A stretch of DNA of 64,000 nt. Origin: Octopus sinensis. Taxonomy: Eukaryota. The stretch spans positions 49,848,001 to 49,912,000 of the forward strand of contig NC_043012.1 of NCBI RefSeq assembly GCF_006345805.1. The letters run 5' to 3'. The position numbers were made by a program, and so were the translations under genes. The notes under the pieces are model-generated. The model was not told the DNA's origin. It worked only from the letters and a program-made list of their open reading frames with translations, and ran no database searches. Of this stretch, positions 1 through 13,175 are shown piece after piece; within the stretch, counting starts at the first letter, position 1, and each line of letters opens with the position of its first letter.

Positions 1-994
1 ATAATGATGATGATGATAACAGTAGAAGTAGTAAACGTCTTAGTAGTAGTAGTAGTAGTAGTTTTATTAGTAGTAGAATTGGTGGTGGTGGTGGCGGTAA
101 TATTAGCGGGAGCCGCAGCAGTACCAGTAGTAGTAGTAGTAGTAAATGTATCAAGTCATATATTACACACACACATCGTTACCGACGTAAAGTACCTTCA
201 ATTATTCCAGTCATTGCTGAACCTCACACCGTAACACTATCCAGCTCATTGCTGCCATTACTTATATGAATGCATCCAAGTATTCATAGTCTTAATGTCT
301 AAGAAATATATTCCTGGACAGGAATCACTTACATGGAATCTAAACGAACTCAGCATTACCATTAAATTTAGTCAGTAACAATGTCTGGCCACTACTATCG
401 ATTACACATCCACAGTATGGCTATTTCAGATTAATTGAGCCAATCCGCTGAGAGATAAGTACCATTTCGAGAGAACGGTACTGCAGTTTCCTAGACAAAC
501 CACAAGCAGTTCTCACTTCGGCCATTCAGTCAATTATCTCATTTCGCCAGTTAAAGGTCTCTCACCAATGTGCAAAACTATATTCATAAAATATCTATAA
601 AAGCTTTAGATACACTATCACTATACAGTTTTCAACTGAAACCTAGTGCATGATAGATTCCTTTGTTAAAGATATTTAGCTTTTAAGATTACTTCTAATC
701 TAATCATGTTTCCTTTTATTTATTTATTTTTCACGTCAGTACTGGATGTTTTGTTCATTCTGTAAAATAGAGAGAAAAAAAGAAAAAAATCCCCCAGAAC
801 TCATGAGATTTCATTTTACGAAACAGAGAAAGTAAATACGTTGCTTACTGCAGCAGACACATACGTTTTAGTGTCTGAAAGTTCTGATATGCATACATTC
901 CAGATGGAAATCTCGTACGCACACACACGCACAACTTTGCCAGGTGTGTGAACACATATATATTCTTTTATTCATTTATTTGTTTTATTCTTTT

Positions 995-1191
995 ATTTGA
1001 TTGCGGCCATGCTAGAGCACCGCCTTTAGTCGAAAAAATAGACCTCAGGACTTACTCTTCGTAAGCTTAGTTTTTACTTTATTGTACGGTTTTGCCGAAC
1101 CACTAAATTACGGGTACGTAAACACACCAACATCGGTTGTCAAGCGCTGGTGGGGAGACAAACAAACACGCACGCACGCACACACACACAA

Positions 1192-1222
<31 letters not shown>

Positions 1223-1260
1223 ACACACACACACACATACAACACACACACACAAACAAC
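995..1260 (-). mobile_element. SINE group A, 3' tail plus (CA)n, head missing
   Basis: Reverse complement of the tail at 53090-53250 (GCGGCCATGCTAGAGCACCGCCTTTAGTCG ... ACCAACATCGGTTGTCAAGCG). Confidence 0.8.
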
Positions 1261-1904
1261 GCATATATATATAGTACATCATTATCATCGCCATCATCAT
1301 CATCAACCACAGTGACTATATTATAGCTCGTATATATATATATATATATATATACACCACATACTAATATATATATATTATATATTATTATATGAATATA
1401 TATATATGTATGTATATGCATATATACATATATATATATATGTACATACCTACATATATATGTATATATACATGCATTTTTGGGTACAGGCCACAAAAAC
1501 CGTTGAACACAACGAGAAACGAAAACATAAAACTCAAAAACATAGAAGCGAACTTTTTCGAACAACGAAAGAAACAAACAAAGAAACAGGACATACAACA
1601 TAAAGAATATTCCCCTTCTTCAGTTGTCCTGTTTCATCAAAACCACTTTCGAAAGCAAGGACAATACGCAACTTCTTTGAAACAATCCTTCCCGCAAACC
1701 AAATTAAATAAATTTGGGGATTTTTTGCGGAGGAGGAAAGTGATAACAAGAACAGGACAGTGAGAACAAAACAATAAGAACAAACGCTGAGGGTTGTTAA
1801 GTCAAGACGATAAAAACATTATTATGAACGCTAGGAAGACGAGCTTATATATATATATATATATATATAATTTCAGCAAAAATTTAGATTCAAATGAATA
1901 TGGT

Positions 1905-2100
1905 ACTTAATTTAGATGCACCAGAATTTTGTGGGAGGGGACTAGTCGACTACATCGAGCCTAGTGTTCGACTGGAACTTAATTTATCGATCATGAAAGG
2001 ATGAATGGCAAAGTCGACCTCAATGGAATTTGAACTGATGGCGTAGTGACGGGTGAAATACCGTTAGCCTTTCGCCCCTCGTGTTAACGATTCTCCGTCT
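1905..2100 (-). mobile_element. SINE group B, diverged copy
   Basis: Reverse complement resembles 56087-56320 (GTCGACTACATCG, AATTTATCGATC..GAAAGGATGAA, GGCAAAGTCGACC, GGAATTTGAAC). Confidence 0.7.
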
Positions 2101-2539
2101 TTTAATTCAACAATGTGTCTATGTATCTATGTATATATATATGTCTTTTTCTTTCTATATAGGCATCAGTCTACTCTGAAATTGCTGATGAACATTAAAA
2201 AACAAAAACAAGGAACGCCACCTTCCTTTCAGCAACCACTCACTGTCTCTCATTCTCTTTCTTTTTCTTTCACTTCCTCTCTGTCTTCTTTTCACCCGCT
2301 TCGCTACTCACTCCAAGTACACCTCCCCTGTTTAACACCTTTTATTTCTCTTTTTTTGTACCTCAACATTCAACCTTGTTTACTGTTGTCTTTGAATGAA
2401 GTGTGACACACACCACAGGTACGTACGTTCAAAAACAAAAAGTTAGCGTATTAATATTAGTGATAATAATAATAATAATAACGACGATGACGACGATGAT
2501 GATAATGACGTTGATAATGATGATTATGATCACTACTCT

Positions 2540-3985
2540 CGATTTCAACACAAGCGTCTTTGACGGAAATGATTAAAGAAGGATTAAAAAAGAAGTCAAT
2601 ATCAATTTGTGTTAGATGTATGAATGTAATTTGAAACCAGGTACGGATTTTGCTTTAAAATCTAAATGAGGCAATGATGGTTTTGATTTTGCTTCTGATT
2701 GGGAAAATATTATTCTCTACGCACAACAAACTTATATCATGATGTTAGATTTGACACTAAATCGACTTTACTTCGTAAGTTGTCATCCATTCTCAAAGTT
2801 GCTGATGAGCTTCTCATGGCCTTTCATATACCCAAAGGTAATTTCTCATTCATGCATATTATCAGCGCATATGCACCTACTTTGTCATCATCTGAACAAG
2901 AACATAAAAGTTTCTACTGTAAATTGCAATAATTATCAGTAAAATTTCGTATCATGACAAAGACAATTAATAGACGCTTTCAGTACCGGAATATGTAACA
3001 GATACACAGTGCTGTCAAAACCAGTAGGTAAACAGGGTACAAGAACGATGAACGCAAATGGTTTACTATTGTTGACATTTTGTCAGCAATTTGGTTTAAC
3101 AATTACAAATACAGAATTTTGGCTGGCAGATAAATATTACATCTGGAATTATCCTCGATTTGGTAATTAGCACATGCTGGACTATGTCATAACTAAGAGC
3201 AAAGTTTGTGGTAATGTCAGATAAAGCAGAGCTTATTAAGCAAATCACACAGAACACCCGGGTGTTAGTTGGATTACAGAATGGCTCGCAGTAAGGGACT
3301 CAAGAAATAGAGGCCATTAAGATCCAATATTCCTCCTAGAATACAGGTTTTATTAAAAAATCCTTAAACGATACAACCAAATTCCTGTCTTGATCATATA
3401 GAGAAAAGCTATGATCCTGACGTTCTATGTTGTAATCTTGTTGACACCTGCAAATCAACTGCTGAAAATTTTCTGGGATTCCTCAGGCGCAACATCCAAA
3501 AGACTATACATAAAGGCAACAAGTTATTGATCTCAAACAAATGCTCGCCATCACCCAGGTCGTTACACATTTCATCTAAAAAAAATTTCCGAAAGCATTG
3601 CGTGAGATGAAAATGTTTTGGTGGCCTAAAAGAAAAAAAAAATCATAAAACTACCAGAATTGAAATCGGTTGCTAACTCCAACACTTTCAGTTGGTGCAA
3701 AGCAAGGCGGTATGGAGCCTATTCTTTCTAATAACGGGTCAAAACTCTTCAACGACAAAGATGAAGTACTGAAAATATGAGTTAAGCACTTTAAATCCTT
3801 GTTAAATCAAGAATAAGCTATCAATCTTGAAATATTCAATGAAATCCTTCAGATGCCTAATACGAGGTACACGCAGAAGAACTTCCCTTGGAAAAGATAA
3901 GGCCAGCTATCAAAAATCTCTGCAATGGTAACACTCCTAGACAAGACGCTATTTCCATACAAGTGTACAAGCATGGTGTTAGCTT
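2540..3985 (+). pseudogene. Degenerate RTE-clade LINE: AP endonuclease through start of RT
   Basis: Frameshifted motifs GFALKS, HIISAYAPTL, NANGLLLLTFCQQFGLTITNT, HMLDYVIT, KIWVKHFKSLLNQE-like, and AIKNLCNGNTP.QDAI..QVYKHG. Confidence 0.8.
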
Positions 3986-4351
3986 GTAAAAATGCTACGC
4001 GAATGTACAGTAACAAAGGGAAGAATCACAGTTGATGTGGTAATCACAGTTGATGATGATGATGATGATATGATGATGATGATGATGATGGACTCTGACC
4101 TTGATGACGAATTATGCCGACACAAACGATTTTAAAATAGTGATCAAATATATGTGCTGTCTATTAACTCACGCTCTCCATCAAACTGACGTTGCCTAAA
4201 CAGGCGTCGAAGAGATTGTTGGTCTCAACGCATCCCTCGGTCTATAAATTGAAACCACTGGTACTTAATCTGCTGATACTTAATTTATGGACCCCGTAAG
4301 GATGAAATGGGGGTAAAGTTGACCTCGGAAAAAAAAGAGAAATAATAATAT

Positions 4352-4352
<1 letters not shown>

Positions 4353-4382
<30 letters not shown>

Positions 4383-5020
4383 AAGAAGAAGAAGAAGAAG
4401 AAGAAGAAGAAGAAGAAGAAGAAGAAGAAGAAGAAGAAGAAGAAGAAGAAGAAGAAGAAGAAGAAGAAGAAGAAGAAGAAGAAAAAGAAGAAGAAGAAAA
4501 AGAATAATAATAAGAAGAATAAGGAGAAGAAAAAGAAATAGAAGAAAAAAAAGAAGAGGAAGAAAAAGAATAATAAGAAGAAGAATAAGGAGAAGAAAAA
4601 GAAATAGAAGAAAAAAAGAAGAGGAAGAAAAAGAATATTAAGAAGAAGAATAAGGAGAAGAAAAAGAAATAGAAGAAAAAAAAGAAGAGGAAGAAAAAGA
4701 ATAATAAGAAGAAGAATAAGGAGAAGAAAAAGAAATAGAAGAAAAAAAGAAGAGGAAGAAAAAGAATATTAAGAAGAAGAAGAAGGAGAAGAAAAAGAAA
4801 TAGGAGAAAAGAAAGAAGAGGAAGAAAAAGAAGAAGAAGAACAAGAACAAGAACAAGAACAAGAACAAGAAGAAGAAGAACAAGAACAAGAACAAGAACA
4901 AGAACAAGAAGAAACAGATGAAGAAGAAGAACAAGAACAAGAACAAGAACAAGAACAAGAAGAAGAAGACGAAGAAGAAGAAGAAGAAGAAGAAGAAGAA
5001 GAAGAAGAAGAAGAAGAAGA
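4353..5020 (+). repeat. (GAA)n compound purine tract with internal 65/66-bp minisatellite and (GAACAA)n
   Basis: Read directly; TAAGGAGAAG recurs at 4520, 4586, 4651 and 4717, with a variant at about 4782. Confidence 0.95.
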
Positions 5021-5021
5021 A

Positions 5022-5350
5022 AGAGACTTGCACGATAATCGGCAGAGCGTGTCCCGGTGACCACAGGATTAAAGAGAAAGATGAAGAAAAACTGAACAAC
5101 TACGACGATTTGAAATGCGAAATACGAAGGTTATGGCCGATGAGGAAAGTAGATGTGATACAAATAGTAACTGACGTACTTTGAAGTATCGCACACAACT
5201 ACCAAAATAGTTAAAAAGACTGGTGCAAATGTAAAGATAGCGTACTTAAAAAAAAACAGCATTTCTTGGAACGGCAAGACCTTTTCGCCTTAGTCTGCTG
5301 GCTGTAGACAACTGACATTTTTCATCGTGTAAGGTGAGAGTTTTCATCAA
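5022..5350 (+). pseudogene. 3' end of RLE-type non-LTR retrotransposon (R4/Dong-like), subfamily 1
   Basis: ETCTIIGRACPGDHRIKEKDEEKLNNYDDLKCEIRRLWPMRKVDVIQIV matches the RLE C-terminal pattern C..ID..CP.D..I..KE.EK..KY.DL..EI.RLW. Confidence 0.75.
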
Positions 5351-5361
5351 ATAATAATTAT

Positions 5362-5705
5362 GATACTGACAAAACAATCCACACTACTCTGCCATACATT
5401 ACTTTTAAAAGCGGGGAGGAAAATATCTGTAGATTAATACGTGTCAGTGTCTCCACTAATAAAAAATGTTTGTATACGGGAATTTGACAACCTTTGTAAA
5501 TATTGGAAGCTGGAAATTCAGATAGAAAGGATGTAGCATCTTAAGGCAAAGACAGTTCCTGTTATTGTAGGTACCCCAGGCATGATAAAAAATGCGATGT
5601 CTGAAACATCTAGACAACATCCGATGGGATCTATATCTCAAAGAAATTCAAAAGATTGTGCTGACAAGTACTGCATACATCCTTAGAAAAAGCTATCAAT
5701 ATAAA
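5362..5705 (+). pseudogene. 3' end of RLE-type non-LTR retrotransposon, subfamily 2
   Basis: TDKTI, EENICRLI.VSV, NVCIREFDNLCKYWKLEIQIERM, KTVPVIVGTPGMIK, EIQKIVLTSTAYILRK across frameshifts. Confidence 0.75.
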
Positions 5706-6889
5706 TACCTGCGTTGTATTATAGGGAGCTGTGTGCCCCGGGAGGAGATTGCATCAAACATGATTATTTAAATAACACCACCACTAACAACAACAACAAT
5801 AATAATCTCAAGTGTTCTATTGCCGGCGAGGTCTGAATAAACTGAAGATAATACGAAGTCGAAAATATACGACAAAGAAACAGATTCAAAGAATTCCTAC
5901 AAGAGTTGGAAACACTAGCTAGGTTAATGTGGAGGAAAATCCATTTAAATATCTTGCTGTCTATTACACCGTTTCTATTTCCATATTTACCAAGGGGGAG
6001 ATAATTAGTCACCCTTCGATCCTACAAGAAAGCGGTGCGTTGAAGCTCTACATACACGAATCTCAGCTGAATTTGTCAGCAGGTGTTCGATAAAGGACCA
6101 CAGGTCAATAGTCCACAGGCACAGAACGATATCAGGCATATCAGTTTCCTAGAACAGTACTCATCTCGTATAGGGTTGGTTATTATAATTTTTCTTTCTA
6201 CAGAGCTCGCTTTGTCCATGTAATGGTCACACGTTTAGCATTGCTATGTCAAGGTGTTCTGCGTGACTGTGCTACAGAATATTGTCGTTCATATACTCCG
6301 CCAACGCTGAGTTTCCCCAGCATGTTGAGTGCAATGACTGATTGGCAACATTCAAGATGCGAGACGCTCAACGTCGTTCTAAATTTAACCTAAGATTAAA
6401 ACAACCAAAGATACAAACAGCAAATAAGTATGTCACATGAAAGACACCCAAATTAGTTACTTTTAATTTTTGTGATCTTGAAATTTGCTGTTATCCAATT
6501 ATTTCCGTAGGCGTGTCAGTCTTTACGCGTTCCTACATTCAGAGACCACCACGGGGTTGGTAAATGTAGCCATCAGATTCTCTGACTAGTAGAAACATAC
6601 CATTCCTTAAGAAGTAGAAAAGCATGAGACTAAGTATCTTTTTTGGAATATGGTACTCTAACGAGATATAGGCACCGTTATCTTGCACTCAATATTTCAG
6701 GGTCAACATCAGTATTGGGAGGAGGAAGCTAGTCAATTACATAGACTCTAGTATTTGACAATTACTATACTTCATCCACCACAGCGGGACGAATGACAAC
6801 GTTAATCCGGATTCAACTAAGGCCTGAAATTGTGAGGGAGGGGAAGGTTCTATTACATCGATCCCAGTGCGTAACGGATACTTAAAACA

Positions 6890-8020
6890 TTGATGAATGT
6901 ACGTGAAAACATGTCTCAAAGCATCAAACAAGAAAGCATCATACTCAGTAATAGAACAGGCAAAGGTATATATAAGTCAATTCCAAATACAAAAAAAAAA
7001 AAAAAAAATTCCAGAATTACACGTTCAAGAAACAAGCACAGGAAAAGTAAAGAGTGTGAAAACCTGCGCTAAAATTGTTGCCCTATATATTCTTACTGAT
7101 AAATGGCAAGAAAACCCGCTTAATGGCAAATATCCAAAGTAATCGAATATTGCCGATGCTGTCAAAGCCCTTACCCATCAATGGTTAATGTCCTCTGGCT
7201 TGAAATCAGAAGCAGAAAGGTTTATCGTAGCAACCCAAGATCAATGTCTTACAAGGAACTACCAGGCAGTAGTCCAACATGTCGTGTATGTCAACAACAA
7301 AATGAAACCATTAATTATGTTGTTTCTATGTGCAGTCTTCTTGTACCTACTAATTATTCAACAGGCATGATAGAGCAGCACAATATATTCACTGTGTAAT
7401 TAGCTAAAACATGGACCTGCCCCATAATAAAAACTAGTGGGAACACAAATCACCGCCAGTGCTTGAAAATGATCACAACTCACACCTCTGAATCTTCATC
7501 ATTCAAACTGACAGAAAGATAGATACGAATAGGATAGATATTATATTGAAAACTTCAGATAAAAAGCATGCCTCCTCACTGATATGACTATCCCAATCGA
7601 CAAAAATGTATCTGTCAAGAACTACAAAAAACTGAGCAAGTATAGAGACTTTGAAATATAAATTGGCAAAATGTGGAACCTCAAGACTAAAACAATACCT
7701 GTTGACATAGGTGCCTTGGAATTATAGTAAACGAGGTTGATACCTACCAAGAACAGTTACCAGGAAACCCCAAAATGACAGAAATTCAAAAGCTATTTCA
7801 TATAAGAACCAGCCATATCCTACATAAAATACTGTAATTTTAAAAATTTTAAACAAACTCATAATTTTCTTGTTTTCTTAAACATTCTCTAGAACAATAA
7901 TATGCGCAAAACTTATTATATGACACCCTAGGTATAACACCAACATGAACTTCTAACTTGTTTCTTTAGGTCTCAACGTGAGACTTGGAGTCAATTTGTA
8001 CAAATACAAAGCAAAAATCA
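6890..8020 (+). pseudogene. R4/Dong-like LINE 3' region (CCHC knuckle, RLE, 3' UTR), followed by an (ACC)(AAC)(AAT) tail
   Basis: KWQENPLNGKYP, SSGLKSEAERFIVATQDQ, TCRVCQQQNETINYVVSMC, IQTDRKIDTNRIDI, KLSKYRDFEI.IGKMWNLKTKTIPVDIGAL. Confidence 0.85.
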
Positions 8021-8052
8021 AACATATAATAATATTAACCAATAATAACACC

Positions 8053-8084
<32 letters not shown>

Positions 8085-9252
8085 CAACAACAATAATAAT
8101 AATATCTCCCATGTTAGAAAGAAAATATTAAAATTTTCTTCGACATGCTTGAGATTAATTCATTTATCAGCAGATGCAAAATTACCATTGAAGTATTGAG
8201 GGATGAGAAATGTTATTCTAATGATTTTAGCAAGAAACTTACGGAATAACTAAATAGCTACAAACAGGAATTAAACATATGTTCTGTTCTTCATAAAATA
8301 GGATTTTAACAAATAATATGCATATCATTCACTATAGAGACAGAATCATCGGAAAAAAAATTCCCCAAAACATTTTCGTCTCTTGTTAAATATATGAGGG
8401 GCAACAGAACAGAAATTCGCCATGAATATGTAAATGTAATATACTCTTTAACCAGCAACCAAACGCTGTATTTAGTACGACGTACAAATTAGAGAACTGT
8501 GATATGCATAGCATTTGCGAATAAGATTTCTTGAGAAAGCAAATTTGGAATTGAAATCGTGTCACGATTTCTATTCTTCGTATGTTATCAGAAAATATTC
8601 AACAGCCACACATCTGAAGACGAGAGGACAGAAAACCCATACAAAGTAATTTAATTTGGAACTGCCTTGAACATGGACTGGCGTACAACGAAGACAATAA
8701 TTTATAGAAAGTTGCTTCTAGTTCGATTTATGTAAATCCTCTTTCCATAATGGCTGTATGTTGAAAACTCTCGAGATTATTATTTTCTTGTGTGCTTGCT
8801 TAAATATATTATCAATTTGACAGATATAGTAATGAGTATATATGTACATTTCTATTAATCTATATATGAATACATACACACATACACCCACCCACACATA
8901 ACGATATCTGCACATACATACATATATACATACACGCACACTTATATATATCGAGATTAAGTGATTTTGTAGATTTATATACAAATATATGCGTGGGTAC
9001 GTATGCGTGTGTGCATCTATTTTTCCTTGCATATGCATATAAGAGCAGAATGCAACTTGGCAAATATTTATCCGTGTATAAATACATGTACACATATATA
9101 CACACACAGACCTAAAGTAAATATATTTATAAAAACATTAAATACACATGAAATGCCTACACAGACACAGGCTTACATATACATAATATATATATACATA
9201 ATATTTATATGCGTATAAGCATATGTGTATTTTATTATGCATATATATTATG

Positions 9253-9340
<88 letters not shown>

Positions 9341-9341
9341 G

Positions 9342-9376
<35 letters not shown>

Positions 9377-9388
9377 TATATATATACA

Positions 9389-9437
<49 letters not shown>

Positions 9438-10128
9438 CGTACATACATATATATATACAACCATATATAAATATATATATTGTTTATATTTTGCAGCTTT
9501 AGAATATCATATATATTGATTTAGATTCTGAAAAACCCAAATGCAGAATTAACGGCAGTTGGAAAACATGGATTTCGAAACGAACGCATAAATCAATGCT
9601 TTAAACAATAACATTTAATTAAATTTAATCTTTTTGAAAGTTACGAAATATATGGATTAAACAAAAGGAAAAGTGAACACACAGTCATACTACATGTGTG
9701 TTTGAGTATGTGTGCGTGCATGTGTTTGTATGTGTGTGTGTGTGCGTGTGTAGATGCGAAGAAAAAGGGAAATTGAGAGAGATGAACGTATACACGCATG
9801 CAAGAAAACACCCATATACATATGCGACAGCCTGTGTGTGCATTCATGTGTCTACGTTTACATATTCGTTGTGTTGTATTTCCAACTATCTGCTATTATT
9901 GACACAAAGAAGCATAAACTATTGTTAGCTTATGATGTAGTGTACATCCGTGACTATAATAATGTAATGTTTTCCAATTTTGTTGCATACTTGTACGTAA
10001 CACTGTGTATCACTGAAGGGTGGACAAAATTTCGCTCCCGATCTCTCACTAACTAGCTTTTCTTTCCATTTTTATACTTCCATTTATACATAAGTATATA
10101 TGTACGCATATATGTATATATGTACGCA

Positions 10129-10177
<49 letters not shown>

Positions 10178-10243
10178 ATATATATATAATATATATATAT
10201 ATAAATATACATACATACATACATATATATATATACATATATA

Positions 10244-10404
10244 CGACAGGCTTCTTTCAGTTTCCGTCTACCAAATCCACTCACAAGGTCGGCCCGGGGC
10301 TATAGCAGAAGACACTTACCCAAGATGCCACGCAGTGGGACTAAACCCAGAACTATGTGGTTGGTTAGCAAGCCACTTACACACAGGCACTCCTGCGCCT
10401 ATAC

Positions 10405-10411
<7 letters not shown>
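10244..10411 (-). mobile_element. SINE group A, tRNA-like head plus CORE-like segment, abutting (TA)n
   Basis: Reverse complement has an A-box-like GTAAGTGGCTTGCT, a B-box-like GGTTCTGGGTTTAGTCCC and CTTGGGTAAGTGTCTTCTGCTATAGCC; matches 52805-52945. Confidence 0.85.
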
Positions 10412-10479
<68 letters not shown>

Positions 10480-11756
10480 TAATATATATATATATATGTA
10501 TATTTATATATATCATTCATTTATTTATATACATGTACATGTGGAGAGGTACTTAAACAGAAAACATACCCGCACCTTGAGCTGAGCCCTAGAACAGAAT
10601 GGAAGTTTATTCACGAAATCGTTAAAGCTTCGGACAGTGCTCTGTTGTGAATCTTCATTATGTGACTTTAGTTATAGGTTTGTGGCTCCAAAAACTTGTT
10701 TCAAATGAACACCAATGTATTAAGGAAGCAGACAATACTTGGTATGTGAAACCCTGTAATAGCTGTCCTGGGACATCTGGTTTTGATGGCATAGGCAAAT
10801 CATATATTTAAGTACACTCATGCATGCACATGTGCACCTATATTCTTCAGTGGCGACCTTTAGCACACTTATAGTTTATGCAAAGCTTAAGATTGAACTC
10901 AAGTAAATGAAGTGTGATATGTATTGAATAAGAACTGTTGTCATCAAAATGTAAGGTAAAACAAAATCTTGAATTGAATGTCGGACAAAAAAAGTGATAA
11001 AGAAAATAGTTAGAAACATTACTTTTATAAAATATCTTTCTTGTTTTCCGTTGATAATTTATTTTCCTGAAAGCATAAAAAAGAAAACTTTTACGTAAAA
11101 CTACGCATAGAGAATGTTGATGTTTATTCTCACAACAGTTACGTATAAATATATATGAAAATAAGAAAAACTACACTATCATTCAAAATACATTTATTTA
11201 TTTAATAAATGATAACGAATAAAATTAGCGGCACGAAACACTAAAATTAATAATAACAGATTTTAGGATATGAGCAGCTGCTTTCAAAACACTTTTTTTC
11301 TGAATCGTAATGGTTTGATACATTTTTAATACGCTTGGTTATATCTGTGAATATAGTTTTTACTGGATTCATTCTCTCGGGTTCTCAAAATGGCTTGTGC
11401 ATATTCTCCACAGCGCAAAATTTTGTATAGAACTCATTCTATCCACACTTATATACGCAATGATTCGAGAAACGACTTTAAAATAATACCTACCCATTCC
11501 CTTTCCATCAATTGCAAATCTTTTCTTCTGTGACATAGTATTTATTTATCCAATTCAAATAAACACTAAGGACTTATCTAAGTCAGCCAAGAGTTTACTT
11601 CCCTGCACCTGTATAACTTCAACTTCTAGTTCTTTTCGGGTTTCCCGATACACATATACATACGTACGTACGATATATACAGAGAAGGGGGAGACAGGTA
11701 GCTAGATAGCTATATATATCTACCTATCTTTCTCCTCTCTCGTTCTCTTTCTCTCG

Positions 11757-11787
<31 letters not shown>

Positions 11788-11813
11788 ATATATATATATA
11801 TATATCATAATAT

Positions 11814-12006
11814 AATTAGAGATAAAACCACTGTTATGCAATTCAAACAATGATAGACATAAACCAAAACATAAATAACAAATAAAATATATTTTTATAA
11901 ATCATATAACTAGATCACAAAAAGTATAAAATTGAATAATCAATATATAATAATTAAAAATATCTATCATTGTTTGAATTGCATAATAGTGGTTTTATCT
12001 CTAATT
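11814..12006. repeat. Inverted repeat, 47-nt arms (45/47 identical), 99-nt spacer
   Basis: 11814-11860 versus reverse complement of 11960-12006. Confidence 0.9.
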
Positions 12007-12089
12007 TATATTTTATATATTTATATTGTGAAATTTGATTTAATCCTAAATTAATTTTTTTGCAGTAAGTTTGGAGTTATACTCCCTAT

Positions 12090-12094
12090 TATTA

Positions 12095-12172
<78 letters not shown>

Positions 12173-12560
12173 TAGTTTTATTTTTATAGCGTGCTTTCAC
12201 TTCACTAACGAGCGCAGCTCTGTGTGCCGTAGGTATGTGCTGTGATTTGTTGTGATGCTCTGATGGTTATTGTATGGAAAGTGTTCTGCGTAGGATGTGT
12301 GCAGTGCCTGTATGTTATATGTGTTTGTAAGTCCTGGTGTTTTTGTTATGTATTTGTCTGAATATTTTTTTATCATGCCTAATGCACCTACTATGATAGG
12401 AATTGTTTCTGTTTTCAGATTCCACATTCTGGTTACCTCTATTTCCAGGTCTTTGTATTTTGAAAGTTTCTCCATTTCTTTTATAGAGACGTTGTCATCT
12501 GCCGGTATTGATACATCAATTAGAATGCATTTTTTTCTTCATGATCTCTGACAACTATAT
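12090..12560 (-). pseudogene. Young 5'-truncated R4/Dong-like LINE 3' end with (TAA)n tail
   Basis: DHEEKKCILIDVSIPADDNVSIKEMEKLSKYKDLEIEVTRMWNLKTETIPIIVGALGMIKK without stops; (AAT)n at 12090-12170. Confidence 0.9.
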
Positions 12561-12774
12561 CTGGTCTGTTGACCTTAATTTCTCTCTCTCTGTGTATCGG
12601 CATATTATTATATTATTATTATTATATTATTATTATTATTATTATTATATTATTATGATTATTATTATATATATATTATATATATATATATATTATATAT
12701 ATATATATATATATAATATATATATATATTTGTAAAAAAGAAGTTTGAAAATGCCACTATATTAGATAAATTTT

Positions 12775-12825
12775 AATTTTTACATGTTTCGGTTCTTGAA
12801 ATAACGAACCTTATCAAAAAGAATT
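12775..12825 (-). ncRNA. Minimal type I hammerhead ribozyme, U3-A8 core variant, in PLE terminal region
   Basis: Minus strand reads UUU UUGAUAA GGUUC-(10 nt)-GAACC GAAA CAUGU A AAA: perfect 5-bp stem II, palindromic stem III (ACAUGU), GUA cleavage triplet, weak stem I. Confidence 0.6.
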
Positions 12826-13175
12826 TTTTTATAATAAAGAGTATAATGGAATAGTTCATAATTGTTTCATACATTCAATAGAGTCCATGCTGTATACATT
12901 CAATAGAACCCATGTTCTTGAAAAGGCGAAAAATATATTATAAGGTGTAAGTCGTTCCTTACTGTTTTGTCAAGTGTAGTGCAGGAGTTTATTATAGTGA
13001 CTGTTTAAGGATCTGAGAAATTGTAATTGCCCCTACCTCCACTATTTTTATTCTCTCACTGTGGCCGTAGTAACAGTGACCACGGTGGTTGTAGTAGTGG
13101 TAGTGTTAGTGGGAGCAGTCGTAGTGGTTGTGGTAGAGTTTCGTTTTTTCTTTTTCGGAAGACCAATGTTTTGTT

